Shown here in pieces: positions 38,098 to 49,363 of a stretch of 51,830 bases of DNA (the stretch's first letter is position 1; each line of letters starts with the position of its first letter). The position numbers were made by a program, and so were the translations under genes. The stretch covers positions 1 through 51,830 of the forward strand of contig JAGTQA010000015.1 in NCBI GenBank assembly GCA_018396975.1. Direction: 5' to 3'. Below the pieces are notes generated by a model. It saw nothing but the letters and a program-made list of their open reading frames with translations. It searched no databases and had not been told where the DNA came from. Origin of the DNA: Candidatus Bathyarchaeota archaeon. GTDB taxonomy: Archaea > Thermoproteota > Bathyarchaeia > Bathyarchaeales > DTEX01.

Positions 38098-40215
38098 TTA
38101 ATCCATGAAATCTTTGGCTCTTGGTATCTCGGCTGATAACCCCTTTCTAAGCCTTATGGAACGTATTATATGCGCCGCATGCTCCCCCGGAACCCTCTCC
38201 CAATGAGAGAAGTAGCTCTGCCAGAAGGCCCTTCCGGAGGATACGGCCCTCATCTCATCTGCTAGACCGAAGGATTCAGCAACCGGTATAAAACCGTTAA
38301 TAACCGAGAATAAACCCTTATCAGATACAGATGAAATTCTACCGCGCCTCCTAACAATCAAATTTATTACGTCGCCGATCCGCTCGGTTGGTGCCGAAAC
38401 CTGAATCCCATAGATTGGCTCAAGCAATACTGGTCTGGCCGTTAAAATCGAGCCTATTATCGCCCTCCTAACCGCCGGCATTATCTGAGCATACCCACCT
38501 TGAGATGGCTCCCCACATAAGCGGGCCTCAACAAGCTCAACCACCAAATCCCTCAGCGGTTCACCGCATAAGGGTCCGGATCTGCACGCCCATCTAAAAC
38601 CATCTATGATGGCTTCAAGACATTCACCGGATAAAACGCTTTCCGTCAAATCCACTAGGACATTTCTATTCTCATCCGATAGGATTATTTTTCCGTAAAT
38701 TTGGGCTGAGCCCCGCTCATCCAGCGGCCTAACCCTAACCGAAATCTTATTCAACCTATTCAGGCTACTCGCAGTGAAGACATCCCCAACATCACTAACA
38801 CTCTCCCTATAGGAGATCATGGGCTTAGAGACGATAACCTCCAAGCCCGGCTCAATCTCCCCTATAGATTTAACCGCTATATCTAGGTGGAGCTCACCGA
38901 TCCCGCTGAGGAGATACTCGCCGGTCTCCCTATTAATTGTAACCGTTAAGTTTGGATCCTCAATTAATAGGACATTTAGCGCGTTGAGAAGTCGCTGTAG
39001 GTCGCTTGGGCTCTTGGGCTCAATGGAGACCGCCACAACCGGCTCAGAAACATACTGAATCCTCTCGAAGGGGATCGCACCCTCCCTATAGGCTGGGTCG
39101 ATAATAGTTTCACCAGCCCTTAGGGGTTCAAGGCCGGATAGGGCAACTATATTGCCGGAATCCATCCAGCCGACATGCTCCCTAACGGCACCCATATATA
39201 CTGAGACTTGGCGGACAACACATTCTTTCCCAGCGCTAAGAAGATAGACCCTATCGCCATCCTCTATCTTTCCGGAGAAGATCCTACCCGTAGCGATTAA
39301 TCCCTCTTTAGGGTCTACTTTAACGCTCGCCACACATATCGCGGTTGGCCCCCCAGGATCACATTCAAGCATAGCCCTTCCAACATCCGAGGATAGATCT
39401 CCTCTCCAAATCTTCGGGATTCTATACTTTTGCGCCTCAACTGGGCTAGGTATCTTCTCAATGATCAGTCTGAGAATTGCCTCATGTAATGGTATAATTT
39501 CTTGGAGATCCCGCCAGCTTCCACTCAAATACATATTAATTATGTCGCTAAATCTTACGCCTCTCTCAATAGCGGTCTTCAGGGTTAAGCCCCACTTATG
39601 TAGCGCCGAGCCTATGACTACATCCCCTCGGGATATGCTAACCTTCCACTTATCTCTGAACTCCGGCTCACCATAAAGGTCTATTAATCCATTAAACTCC
39701 TGAATTATATGCAATATTCTCTTCTGTATTTCCTCAGCTGGCAATCTAAGCTCCCTAATCAACCTATCAACCTTATTTATGAATAGAACCGGCTTAACCC
39801 GCTCACCTAAAGCCTGCCTCGTCACAACCTCAGTCTGCGCCATAACACCCTCAACAGCATCAACGAGAACTACTGCACCGTCAACAGCCCTTAAAGCCCT
39901 TGTGACCCTACCAGTAAAATCGACGTGGCCCGGTGTATCAACGAGATTTATCACGTATTCTCTACCATTAATGTTATAGGCCAATGATATATTGGCGGAT
40001 TTTATTGTTATGCCACGCCTCTGCTCCTCCTCGAGATAATCGAGAACGCGGGCTTCGCCAGCCAGACTATAAGGTATTAACCCAGCCCTAGCCAAAAGCA
40101 GGTCCGTCAAAGTTGTCTTGCCATGATCTATATGGGCTATTATACTCACATTTCTAATACTTCTCTTATCCCTCATGATTTTCAGAATCCGCTCAGCCCC
40201 TTTAAAGCCCGACAT
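38098..40215 (-). CDS. Elongation factor 2 paralog (aEF-2p-like) lacking the diphthamide His
   Basis: AHIDHGKT, RGITI, DTPGH and NKVD intact. The domain IV loop reads LCGEPSQGGYAQ instead of the canonical LHEDxxHRGxAQ. Confidence 0.88.
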   Translation of the reverse strand: MSGFKGAERILKIMRDKRSIRNVSIIAHIDHGKTTLTDLLLARAGLIPYSLAGEARVLDYLEEEQRRGITIKSANISLAYNINGREYVINLVDTPGHVDFTGRVTRALRAVDGAVVLVDAVEGVMAQTEVVTRQALGERVKPVLFINKVDRLIRELRLPAEEIQKRILHIIQEFNGLIDLYGEPEFRDKWKVSISRGDVVIGSALHKWGLTLKTAIERGVRFSDIINMYLSGSWRDLQEIIPLHEAILRLIIEKIPSPVEAQKYRIPKIWRGDLSSDVGRAMLECDPGGPTAICVASVKVDPKEGLIATGRIFSGKIEDGDRVYLLSAGKECVVRQVSVYMGAVREHVGWMDSGNIVALSGLEPLRAGETIIDPAYREGAIPFERIQYVSEPVVAVSIEPKSPSDLQRLLNALNVLLIEDPNLTVTINRETGEYLLSGIGELHLDIAVKSIGEIEPGLEVIVSKPMISYRESVSDVGDVFTASSLNRLNKISVRVRPLDERGSAQIYGKIILSDENRNVLVDLTESVLSGECLEAIIDGFRWACRSGPLCGEPLRDLVVELVEARLCGEPSQGGYAQIMPAVRRAIIGSILTARPVLLEPIYGIQVSAPTERIGDVINLIVRRRGRISSVSDKGLFSVINGFIPVAESFGLADEMRAVSSGRAFWQSYFSHWERVPGEHAAHIIRSIRLRKGLSAEIPRAKDFMD

Positions 40216-40351
40216 GAGCCTCGCATCCTAGCATTACACTTCTATATAATCCTAAGAATCTAATGTAAAGGGTAAACTTAAGCGTCGAGGAGAATCTAGA
40301 ATTGTGGTAAGGTTCCCAAGGAGTAAAGGTTCATTCTTTAATCTTACTTAG

Positions 40352-40429
40352 CTACTTGTATCTCTCGCGCCTCTTCTTTCTCTTCCTCTTCTCACGGCGC
40401 ATGCGCTTCTTCTTCCACTTAGCCCTCAT
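40352..40429 (-). CDS. rpl41e: Ribosomal protein eL41/eS32 (25 aa; not in the ORF track)
   Basis: Manual translation: MRAKWKKKRMRREKRKRKKRRERYK*. Confidence 0.88.
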   Translation of the reverse strand: MRAKWKKKRMRREKRKRKKRRERYK

Positions 40430-40616
40430 CCCATGCCATCTTCTCCAAACAAGCTTTTAATGGTTAAAGATTGAATTGCGAGCGCAGGCCCCAGTAAATG
40501 AGGCTTTTAATATGGTTTTCTCCTTCACCTTATTAAGTTTTCGGACTTAGGCTTATGGAATAGAACGCTATGCTTATAAAAGCCGAAAGGCCTTTAGTAG
40601 TGGAAGAGACTTAAGG

Positions 40617-41534
40617 GTGAGGGAAGAACCCCAGATGAGGGGATATCTACTCTGCATACCATGCACCCTAAGAGCTGCATACGACATAGCCATAAAGGCC
40701 ACAGAAGATGAGGAGCTGCAGAGAAGGGTTCTCCTAGAAACCCTAAGGTGGATGAATGAGGAAAATAACTTAATGAATATAACTCCCGCCATGCTACATA
40801 CTCATGTCTTTAGACTCGTCCAAAAAATTACTGGAAATAGGGATCCATTTGCGCATCTAAAAAGGGAGTCGAATAAATTGGCGATGAAATTAACGCCTAT
40901 TCTAGAGAGTGAGATCGAGAAGCTAGGTCCCGAGGAGGCCTTCAGACTGGCGGCTTTAGGGGCAATATGCGGTAATTCAATAGACTTCGAGGTTGAGGGC
41001 TACCAAGTCTTACTAGAGGATCTTGAGCGGCAATTGCTAAGCTGCTTGAAGAGCGGCCTAGCAATTGATGATACACCTAAGCTTAGGAATGCTCTCTCAG
41101 AAGCTAAAACAGTCCTTTATTTGCTGGATAATGCCGGAGAAATAGCCTTTGACAAGACCTTCATAAAATTTATCGTTAAGAACTATCCGGTTAAGGTATT
41201 AGCCGCCGTCAAGTCCGGTCCGATCCTAAACGATGTAACCATGGAGGATGCACTTTATGTCGGCCTAGGAGAGGTTGCGGAGGTCATCACAACAGGCAGC
41301 GACTCAATAGGCTTAAACCCAGATGAGTGCTCAGGCGAATTCATGGAGCGCCTAAAGGAGTCCGATCTAATAATTGCGAAAGGTCAGGGATATTACGAGA
41401 GCCTAACGGAGATAGAGAATATCCTGAAAAAGCCCATAGTATACATGCTCAGAGCCAAATGCTCGGTCGTCGCCAGATCCCTCAATACGCGCCAAGGGTC
41501 AAATGTGGTCAAGGTTGTGGGATACCCTAAATAA
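40617..41534 (+). CDS. Damage-control phosphatase, DUF89/ARMT1 family
   Basis: CIPC, DPF..LK..SN, GNSID, DNAGE, KGQG and AKC motifs. Confidence 0.92.
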   Translation: MREEPQMRGYLLCIPCTLRAAYDIAIKATEDEELQRRVLLETLRWMNEENNLMNITPAMLHTHVFRLVQKITGNRDPFAHLKRESNKLAMKLTPILESEIEKLGPEEAFRLAALGAICGNSIDFEVEGYQVLLEDLERQLLSCLKSGLAIDDTPKLRNALSEAKTVLYLLDNAGEIAFDKTFIKFIVKNYPVKVLAAVKSGPILNDVTMEDALYVGLGEVAEVITTGSDSIGLNPDECSGEFMERLKESDLIIAKGQGYYESLTEIENILKKPIVYMLRAKCSVVARSLNTRQGSNVVKVVGYPK

Positions 41535-41565
41535 GATAATTGCTCTAAGTAAAGTATGAGATGCC

Positions 41566-42246
41566 ATGAAACTCGGTGCGCTTTTTTCTGGCGGAAAAGA
41601 CTCTTGCTTGGCTATTCATAAGGCCCGAGCATTCCATGAGATAGCCTGTCTAATAAGCCTAATTCCGAAGAGTGAGGAGAGTCTCATCTTCCATTTCCCA
41701 AATATATGGGTCACTAGATTCCAAGCCGAGGCAATGGGCATACCAATAATTCAGATAGAGACTGAGATAGGTGAAGAAAAAGAGTTAACCAGTCTATTTA
41801 AGGCTTTAAAGCTGGCTATTAAGAGGTATGGAATCAGTGGGATAGTCACTGGTGCAATAAGATCCACCTATCAAGCAAGCAGAATACAGAGAATATGCAA
41901 TAGACTTGGGCTCTGGTGCTTTAACCCCCTATGGCTTAAAGATCAGGAAGAGTTAATCCGCGAGGTTTTAGAGGCAGGTTTCGAGGTTATAATCTCGGGA
42001 GTATTCGCATACCCACTTAACAGCAGCTTCCTCGGCAAGAAATTAGATGCAAAACTCCTAATCGAACTCTTAGATTTATGGAGGAAGTATGGCATAAGCA
42101 TCGCTGGTGAGGGGGGCGAGATAGAGACAACAGTCCTCGACGCTCCCATGTTTAAGAGGAGGATAGAGGTAACCGATTATGAGATACAGTATAGGGGCGG
42201 CTCCGGCATCTTCAGGATAAAAGACCTTAGGCTCGTGGATAAATGA
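41566..42246 (+). CDS. dph6: Diphthine--ammonia ligase (Dph6/DUF71)
   Basis: PP-loop SGGKDS, STYQ..R, PLW and GEGGE.ET motifs. Confidence 0.88.
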   Translation: MKLGALFSGGKDSCLAIHKARAFHEIACLISLIPKSEESLIFHFPNIWVTRFQAEAMGIPIIQIETEIGEEKELTSLFKALKLAIKRYGISGIVTGAIRSTYQASRIQRICNRLGLWCFNPLWLKDQEELIREVLEAGFEVIISGVFAYPLNSSFLGKKLDAKLLIELLDLWRKYGISIAGEGGEIETTVLDAPMFKRRIEVTDYEIQYRGGSGIFRIKDLRLVDK

Positions 42247-42788
42247 GAGCCCTACTCATAAACCTATGCCTAGATCCATTAAGTGAATTGGAGTTCGTTA
42301 AGCCAATCGAATATATTCTTAGATATCATGGAATCAATACGTTCATTAAACGCTATATGGAGATTTCTCCAGAAGATCTAGGGCTGGCAGAAAAAGTGAT
42401 TCTTTGTGGCTCAGCTTTAAAAGATGATCACTTCTTAACGGACAAATGGTTTAGATGGCTTGAAAAATACGATAGGCCAATTCTCGGAGTGGGCTCAGGC
42501 TCCCATGCTATAGCGAAGGCTTTCGGCTGCAGCCTTATTAACAAGACGAAGATTGGAATGTTTAAGGTTAGATTGATTAGAGAGAGTAGGCTAATGGATA
42601 AAAGAGTTTTCTACGCCTACTTCTTAACGAAGAGAGCTATAATACCCACCAAACCTCTAGAGTCTCTAGCCAAGGTCGGAAACCTAGACTGTATGATCAA
42701 ACATGAGTCTAGGGAGATTTACGGCTGCCTATTCCATCCTGAAGTAATGAACCCGGAGATAATTGTGAACTTCATCTCAAAGACCTAG
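42243..42788 (+). CDS. Class I glutamine amidotransferase-like protein lacking the nucleophilic Cys
   Basis: VILCGS and FHPE present; PILGVGSGSH occurs where PILGICxG is expected. ATGA overlap with dph6. Confidence 0.8.
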   Translation: MRALLINLCLDPLSELEFVKPIEYILRYHGINTFIKRYMEISPEDLGLAEKVILCGSALKDDHFLTDKWFRWLEKYDRPILGVGSGSHAIAKAFGCSLINKTKIGMFKVRLIRESRLMDKRVFYAYFLTKRAIIPTKPLESLAKVGNLDCMIKHESREIYGCLFHPEVMNPEIIVNFISKT

Positions 42789-43561
42789 CCGAATTTAAAG
42801 ATCTTTCTGGCATTCTCCGTTGTCTTTTCGGCTACAGTCTCCATGCTCTCACCCTTCAATTCCGCAACAGCCTTCAGCGCCTTAATTATGTGGGCTGGTT
42901 CAGCAGCCTCCCCAGCATAGACAACAGGCGAATCCGTCTCTAAAACTATATTTTCCAAGGGTGTTCTCACAAGGATTTTCCTATGCTCCTTGCTGTATGC
43001 GGCTGCTGGTGTGGCGGAAACATAATAGCCATAGTCGAGTATTTTTTTAAGCGCCTCCAATGGCCCACTAAACCAGTGGAAAATGGCCCTCTTAACCCCT
43101 GCCTCTATAGCCATATCAACACAGTCCATCCACGCACCTCTACTATGAATCGATACCGGCTTATCACTCATCCTTGCCAAATTAAGTATCCTCCGGAAAA
43201 CATCCCTCTGAACCCCTCTAACACTATCACTCTTCCTAGCATCCCCATACCAGTAGTCTAGTCCAACCTCGCCTAAAGCAACAATATTATCAAGGTTCTT
43301 CTCGATGAGGCTAATGGTCTCATCAATCCTCGAAACATTTAAGCCGCAGGGATGAAGCCCAAGTGCCGGATAAATCCTTAATCTGCTGGTTCCATATTTC
43401 CAGCTTTCATGCATAACCCAAAGATTAGATTCATAGTCTGAGCCTACAGCGATTATCGCGGTAACCCCCACTTTAACAGCTCTTCTAATAGCCTCTTTTA
43501 AGTCCTCAACTTCCTCTAAATGGGCATGCGTATCTATTATCTCCATAGTAGGCGACCTCAA
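42785..43561 (-). CDS. TatD-family nuclease
   Basis: DTHAH, GLHP, GEVGLD, IHSR, FHW and ETDSP motifs. Confidence 0.93.
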   Translation of the reverse strand: MRSPTMEIIDTHAHLEEVEDLKEAIRRAVKVGVTAIIAVGSDYESNLWVMHESWKYGTSRLRIYPALGLHPCGLNVSRIDETISLIEKNLDNIVALGEVGLDYWYGDARKSDSVRGVQRDVFRRILNLARMSDKPVSIHSRGAWMDCVDMAIEAGVKRAIFHWFSGPLEALKKILDYGYYVSATPAAAYSKEHRKILVRTPLENIVLETDSPVVYAGEAAEPAHIIKALKAVAELKGESMETVAEKTTENARKIFKFG

Positions 43562-43718
43562 GAGATGAAACTACCATAACTAACAATAATGTTTTGCAAT
43601 AATAAGGCTTGGATGCTTATTAAATTTTAGGCTCATGGATCCAATAAAGGCACAAAAATTAAAATTTTAATGTCTGATAGAAAACTAAATTTTTAAACAA
43701 CTGGAAGGCTAAGGAGCA

Positions 43719-44558
43719 ATGTACAGAATAGTTGAGAGTAGGGAGATAGCGCCAGCAGTCAAGCTTATTAGGATTTTAGCCCCCGAGATAGCTAGGAAAG
43801 CCCAACCCGGCCAATTTGTCATCTTAAGAGTAGATGCTATGGGTGAGCGTATTCCATTAACTCTCGCCGATTGGAACATTACTGAAGGAACGATAACGCT
43901 AGTTTTCTTAGAAGTTGGGGTTTCAACTAGAAAACTTGGGGAATTAAAGGAGGGCGATGCAATATTAGATTTGCTCGGGCCGCTTGGAAATCCAACCGAT
44001 GTGAGAAATTATGGAACTGTATGTATTGTTGGTGGTGGTGTTGGGATAGCAGCCGCCTATCCAATAGCTCGCGCACTTAAAAGAGCCAGAAATAAAGTAA
44101 TTTCTATAATAGGCGCAAGAACAGCTAAACTGCTGATTTTTGAGGAAGAGATGAGGAGATGCTCGGATGAAGTACATATATCTACGGATGATGGAACAAA
44201 GGGATATAAGGGCTTTGTAAGCGATGTCCTCAGAAAACTGCTACAGGAAGGATATGGTTTCGATATGGTTTACGCCGTTGGGCCAGCCGTAATGATGAGA
44301 GCTGTAGCCGAGGTAACTAGACCATACAATATCAAGACTATTGCGAGTCTAAACCCAATAATGGTCGATGGAATGGGTATGTGCGGTGCTTGCAGAGTGA
44401 CGGTTGGCGGAAAAACAATGTTTGCATGCGTGAATGGACCCGAATTTGATGCTCATAAAGTAGATTTTACCGAGCTAATAAGGAGGCAAATGGCTTTTAT
44501 CCAAGAGGAAAGGATGGCTCTTGAACTCTGGGAAGCAAATAAGAGGGGCGATGAGTGA
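43719..44558 (+). CDS. nfnA: NfnA/SudB subunit of electron-bifurcating transhydrogenase
   Basis: ERIPLTLAD, GPLG, GGGVG and MVDGMGMCGACRV..ACVNGPEF motifs. Confidence 0.92.
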   Translation: MYRIVESREIAPAVKLIRILAPEIARKAQPGQFVILRVDAMGERIPLTLADWNITEGTITLVFLEVGVSTRKLGELKEGDAILDLLGPLGNPTDVRNYGTVCIVGGGVGIAAAYPIARALKRARNKVISIIGARTAKLLIFEEEMRRCSDEVHISTDDGTKGYKGFVSDVLRKLLQEGYGFDMVYAVGPAVMMRAVAEVTRPYNIKTIASLNPIMVDGMGMCGACRVTVGGKTMFACVNGPEFDAHKVDFTELIRRQMAFIQEERMALELWEANKRGDE

Positions 44559-45959
<1,401 letters not shown>

Positions 45960-45984
45960 ACAAAAATCTATTGTCTCCTCAATT

Positions 45985-46908
45985 TTATCTAGAAGCCTCA
46001 ACCAAAGGCGGTATTATCTCTTCATAGCCAACTGACATTATATGGCATCCGGCGGCGGAAGTCGTCTTCTTCAGCTCTTTAATGAAACTAGAGAAGTAAT
46101 TGAGGTTTATCTCATCATACTTCAATCTTCTCAGATTCTTATCAGATATTTCACTAGCCTTAGCTAGAGCATCCATAAGATCTTTGGGCACCTTAACCCC
46201 CGGCACATTCTTATCAAAGTAATCAGCCACACCATAGGATTTTAGTGGAAAAATACCTATTATAACAGGAACATTATATTTACTAGTCTCTTTAAGGAAA
46301 GATTTCGCCTTCTCAATGTCAAATACAACCTGCGTCTGGAAAAAGTCAGCTCCAGCATTAACCTTCTTCTCAAACTTTATTAGCTCTGGCTCGATGGGAT
46401 TAGCATTCGGGTTGGCTCCGGCACCGATAAAGAATTTTGGCGGAGACTCGATGGGCCTCCCATTCATGTCAACGCCCTCATCAACTATGCGTCTTACCAT
46501 TTTAATGAGCTGAACAGAATCTAGGTCAAAGACTGGCTTAGCTTGGGGGGTATCTCCTAAAGTTGTGTGGTCGCCGGTTAACGCGAGGACATTTTTTATT
46601 CCCAAAGCGCCCGCGCCTAGAAGGTCTGAGAAGATCGCTATCCTATTTCTATCTCTACACGTTATCTGATATATTGTTTCCAGCCCCGAGTCTCTCTGAA
46701 TAATATATGAGGCAACCAGACTGCTTATGTATGCAAAGGATTGAGGATTATCCGTCACGTTACAGGCCACAACATAATCCTTAATCTTCTTGGCAGCCTC
46801 AACATAACGTGTTAGATTGGTCGTCTTTTCCGGCTCAAGCTCACCAGTAAAAGTGAATTTCCCAGACTTAAGACTCCTCATCAATTCGCTTATAAATACC
46901 TCCGGCAT
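45985..46908 (-). CDS. metF: Methylenetetrahydrofolate reductase
   Basis: NVTDNP, CRDRNR, LTGDH and KKVNAGADFFQTQ motifs. Confidence 0.92.
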   Translation of the reverse strand: MPEVFISELMRSLKSGKFTFTGELEPEKTTNLTRYVEAAKKIKDYVVACNVTDNPQSFAYISSLVASYIIQRDSGLETIYQITCRDRNRIAIFSDLLGAGALGIKNVLALTGDHTTLGDTPQAKPVFDLDSVQLIKMVRRIVDEGVDMNGRPIESPPKFFIGAGANPNANPIEPELIKFEKKVNAGADFFQTQVVFDIEKAKSFLKETSKYNVPVIIGIFPLKSYGVADYFDKNVPGVKVPKDLMDALAKASEISDKNLRRLKYDEINLNYFSSFIKELKKTTSAAGCHIMSVGYEEIIPPLVEASR

Positions 46909-46923
46909 GAAAACCCCTCACTT

Positions 46924-47580
46924 TCAAGTTTTCACCCAGATAACTTCCCTTGGCTGCACATTTAGCCTCGAATTATCTCTCGGTGGCCTATAAGCCCTAT
47001 AAATATCGAGCATACCGAGTTCTTTAAGTCTGTTATAGATTAGAATCCATGCGCAATCACGCTTGTATCCGCCAACTTCGCACTTACCCTCATACATGCC
47101 TCCACATGGCCCATTAAGCATCCCCTTCGGACATCGAACAATAGGGCATATTCCACCAGTCTCATAAAGAATACATTCACCGCATGCCCTACATCTCTCA
47201 TAGAACTCTCCTATATGCTCTATTATTCCAAGGAATTTTGTGTCTAAAGCTGGTATAGAGGGTTTTTTGAGGTGCTCAACTATATCCTGAACGCCAGCGC
47301 CACAAGTCATACAAAGTATTGCATCAGAAGATTCAATAGCATCCTTTAAGTTGCGGGTATCTCTCCTTAAGATTCTTGCATCACAAGGTGTCTCTACAAC
47401 AACTGCGCCAACAACCTCTTTACCAACACTCCTCAATCTCTCAGCCATCCGCTTAACTTGTTCCTCACCACCAGTCTGAACAACAGTTGAGCATTCTCCA
47501 CAACCAATAATGAATATCCTATTAAAGGGTTCAAGCATTCTCAGAATTTCCTCAAAAGACTTTTGCTCCGTTATTATCAA
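46924..47580 (-). CDS. metV: MTHFR small Fe-S/Zn subunit MetV
   Basis: GCGEC, CGAGVQ and CRACGEC..GGICP..CPKGMLNGPCGG..CEV..CAW; TTG start after GGAGG. Confidence 0.88.
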   Translation of the reverse strand: MIITEQKSFEEILRMLEPFNRIFIIGCGECSTVVQTGGEEQVKRMAERLRSVGKEVVGAVVVETPCDARILRRDTRNLKDAIESSDAILCMTCGAGVQDIVEHLKKPSIPALDTKFLGIIEHIGEFYERCRACGECILYETGGICPIVRCPKGMLNGPCGGMYEGKCEVGGYKRDCAWILIYNRLKELGMLDIYRAYRPPRDNSRLNVQPREVIWVKT

Positions 47581-47932
47581 ATCAGGCAACCTCCAGTAAC
47601 CTATTATTTGAACATGAACTGCACACATATAAAACCGTTATGTACGCGAAAAATAATAAGATGAGATTATGAATAAATTTTCAACACAAATCCCCTTGCT
47701 GGATATTAGAAAAAGAAGGAAGATTGCAGAAAGCCTAATATTTAAGTTGGTTTTTCAGTGGTCAGGACCAAAGTTACCTTAGAAGATTGCGCATCAAGCA
47801 TATAAATGCTACATAAAACGTTAAATTAAATCCTGTCCCCAATTCACATAAGAAGATACTTGTGCATGAAGTGATTGAAATTAGACTTTTTCAAAAATAC
47901 TTTTATAGAATGTATCAGTTGAATGGACAAAT

Positions 47933-49363
47933 ATGAGAAGTACATTCCCTAAAGGAGGCAACAATATGATTGAAGGGCTGGATGTTAGGGATGAGAAAGC
48001 GAGATTATTTCAGAAAGATTTTCCTCCGGAAGAGTTTAAGGAACGCCGGAGAAAAATATTTAATGCAATAGGTCCGGATGCATGCGCTCTTCTTCAGGGT
48101 AAACCTCAGGTTAGGGGTTTCTATCCCTTTAGGCAATCCAATGATTTTTATTATTGTTGTGGTGTGGAGATTCCGCATTCCTACTTACTAATGGATGGAA
48201 GAGATCAATCGGCTAGGCTTTTTATACCGCGTTTTATTAGCGATCGCGGAGGGGAAAACATTTTAACGCTTGAGGATGCGGATCTAATAAGGGAATTTAC
48301 CGGAATAGATGATGTCCTTCCTTTAGAGAGTCTCACAGAATATTTTAAGGATATTCGTGTACTATATGTTCCTCATAAACCATCTGAAGATAGGGCGGAG
48401 TCCCGCCATACAATACTCCATTCTAATAGACTTATTGCCCTAGATTCATGGGATGGGAGCCTACCACGAGAGCAGCATTTTATCAGCCTATTACATGTTC
48501 GTTTTCCATATATCATGATCAGAGACTTATCACCTATACTTGATTCTTTAAGATTGGTTAAGAGCGAGAGGGAGATAAGTCTTCTTCGTAAAGCTGGTAA
48601 GCTTTCAGCCTTAGCTGTTACTGAAGCTATGCGTGTGACGAAACCAGGTATGATGGAGCATCATTTAAGGGCTGTTGCCAACTACATTTTTATAGCACAT
48701 GGGGCATCTGGGGAGGGCTATCACTCAATAGTTGCCTCAGGAAGAAATATTTGGGACCCGCATTACTATCGCGAGGACTGTATAATGAAAGATGGCGATT
48801 TAGTGTTAATGGACGCTGCACCCGACTACCACTATTATACTAGCGATATTGGGAGAATGTGGCCTGTTAATGGAAAGTACTCATTGTGGCAGAGAGAGCT
48901 TTATGGCTTTATCGTAGAATATCATAAAACATTATTGAGCAATATTCGCCCAGGATTAACTGCTGATCAGATACTTAATACAGCATCTGAGATAATGGCT
49001 GATTTTATTAGAGAATATAGGTTTTCAAAGGAGATTTATAGGAGGTCTGCTGAGCGGGCACTTGAGTTTCGTGGGCATCTTTCACATACTGTAGGTATGT
49101 CTGTACATGATGTTGGTGATTACAGGTCTATGCCGCTTAAGCCTGGAATAGTCTTTTCCGTTGATCCACAAATGTGGGTGCCTGAAGAGAGACTTTACAT
49201 CCGTGTTGAGGACACCATAGTGGTGACTGAAAATGGAGTTGAGGTTTTAACTGGTTCAGCACCCTTGGAATTAGATGACGTTGAATCAATAATGCGCGAG
49301 AAAAGTGTTTTCTTTTCAAATCTAGATAGAATTTTAGAGAGTTTGGTGAGTAAAGATGAGTAA
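47933..49363 (+). CDS. Xaa-Pro aminopeptidase (M24B; likely start 47966)
   Basis: FRQSNDFYY, VKSEREI, MDAA..YTSDIGR, HTVG..VHD and RVED motifs. Confidence 0.9.
   Translation: MRSTFPKGGNNMIEGLDVRDEKARLFQKDFPPEEFKERRRKIFNAIGPDACALLQGKPQVRGFYPFRQSNDFYYCCGVEIPHSYLLMDGRDQSARLFIPRFISDRGGENILTLEDADLIREFTGIDDVLPLESLTEYFKDIRVLYVPHKPSEDRAESRHTILHSNRLIALDSWDGSLPREQHFISLLHVRFPYIMIRDLSPILDSLRLVKSEREISLLRKAGKLSALAVTEAMRVTKPGMMEHHLRAVANYIFIAHGASGEGYHSIVASGRNIWDPHYYREDCIMKDGDLVLMDAAPDYHYYTSDIGRMWPVNGKYSLWQRELYGFIVEYHKTLLSNIRPGLTADQILNTASEIMADFIREYRFSKEIYRRSAERALEFRGHLSHTVGMSVHDVGDYRSMPLKPGIVFSVDPQMWVPEERLYIRVEDTIVVTENGVEVLTGSAPLELDDVESIMREKSVFFSNLDRILESLVSKDE

Noticed and set aside
40430..40460. N-terminal extension of eL41 (KLVWRRWHG)
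   Set aside because: It is bounded by an in-frame TAA with no start codon, so the 25-aa form is preferred.
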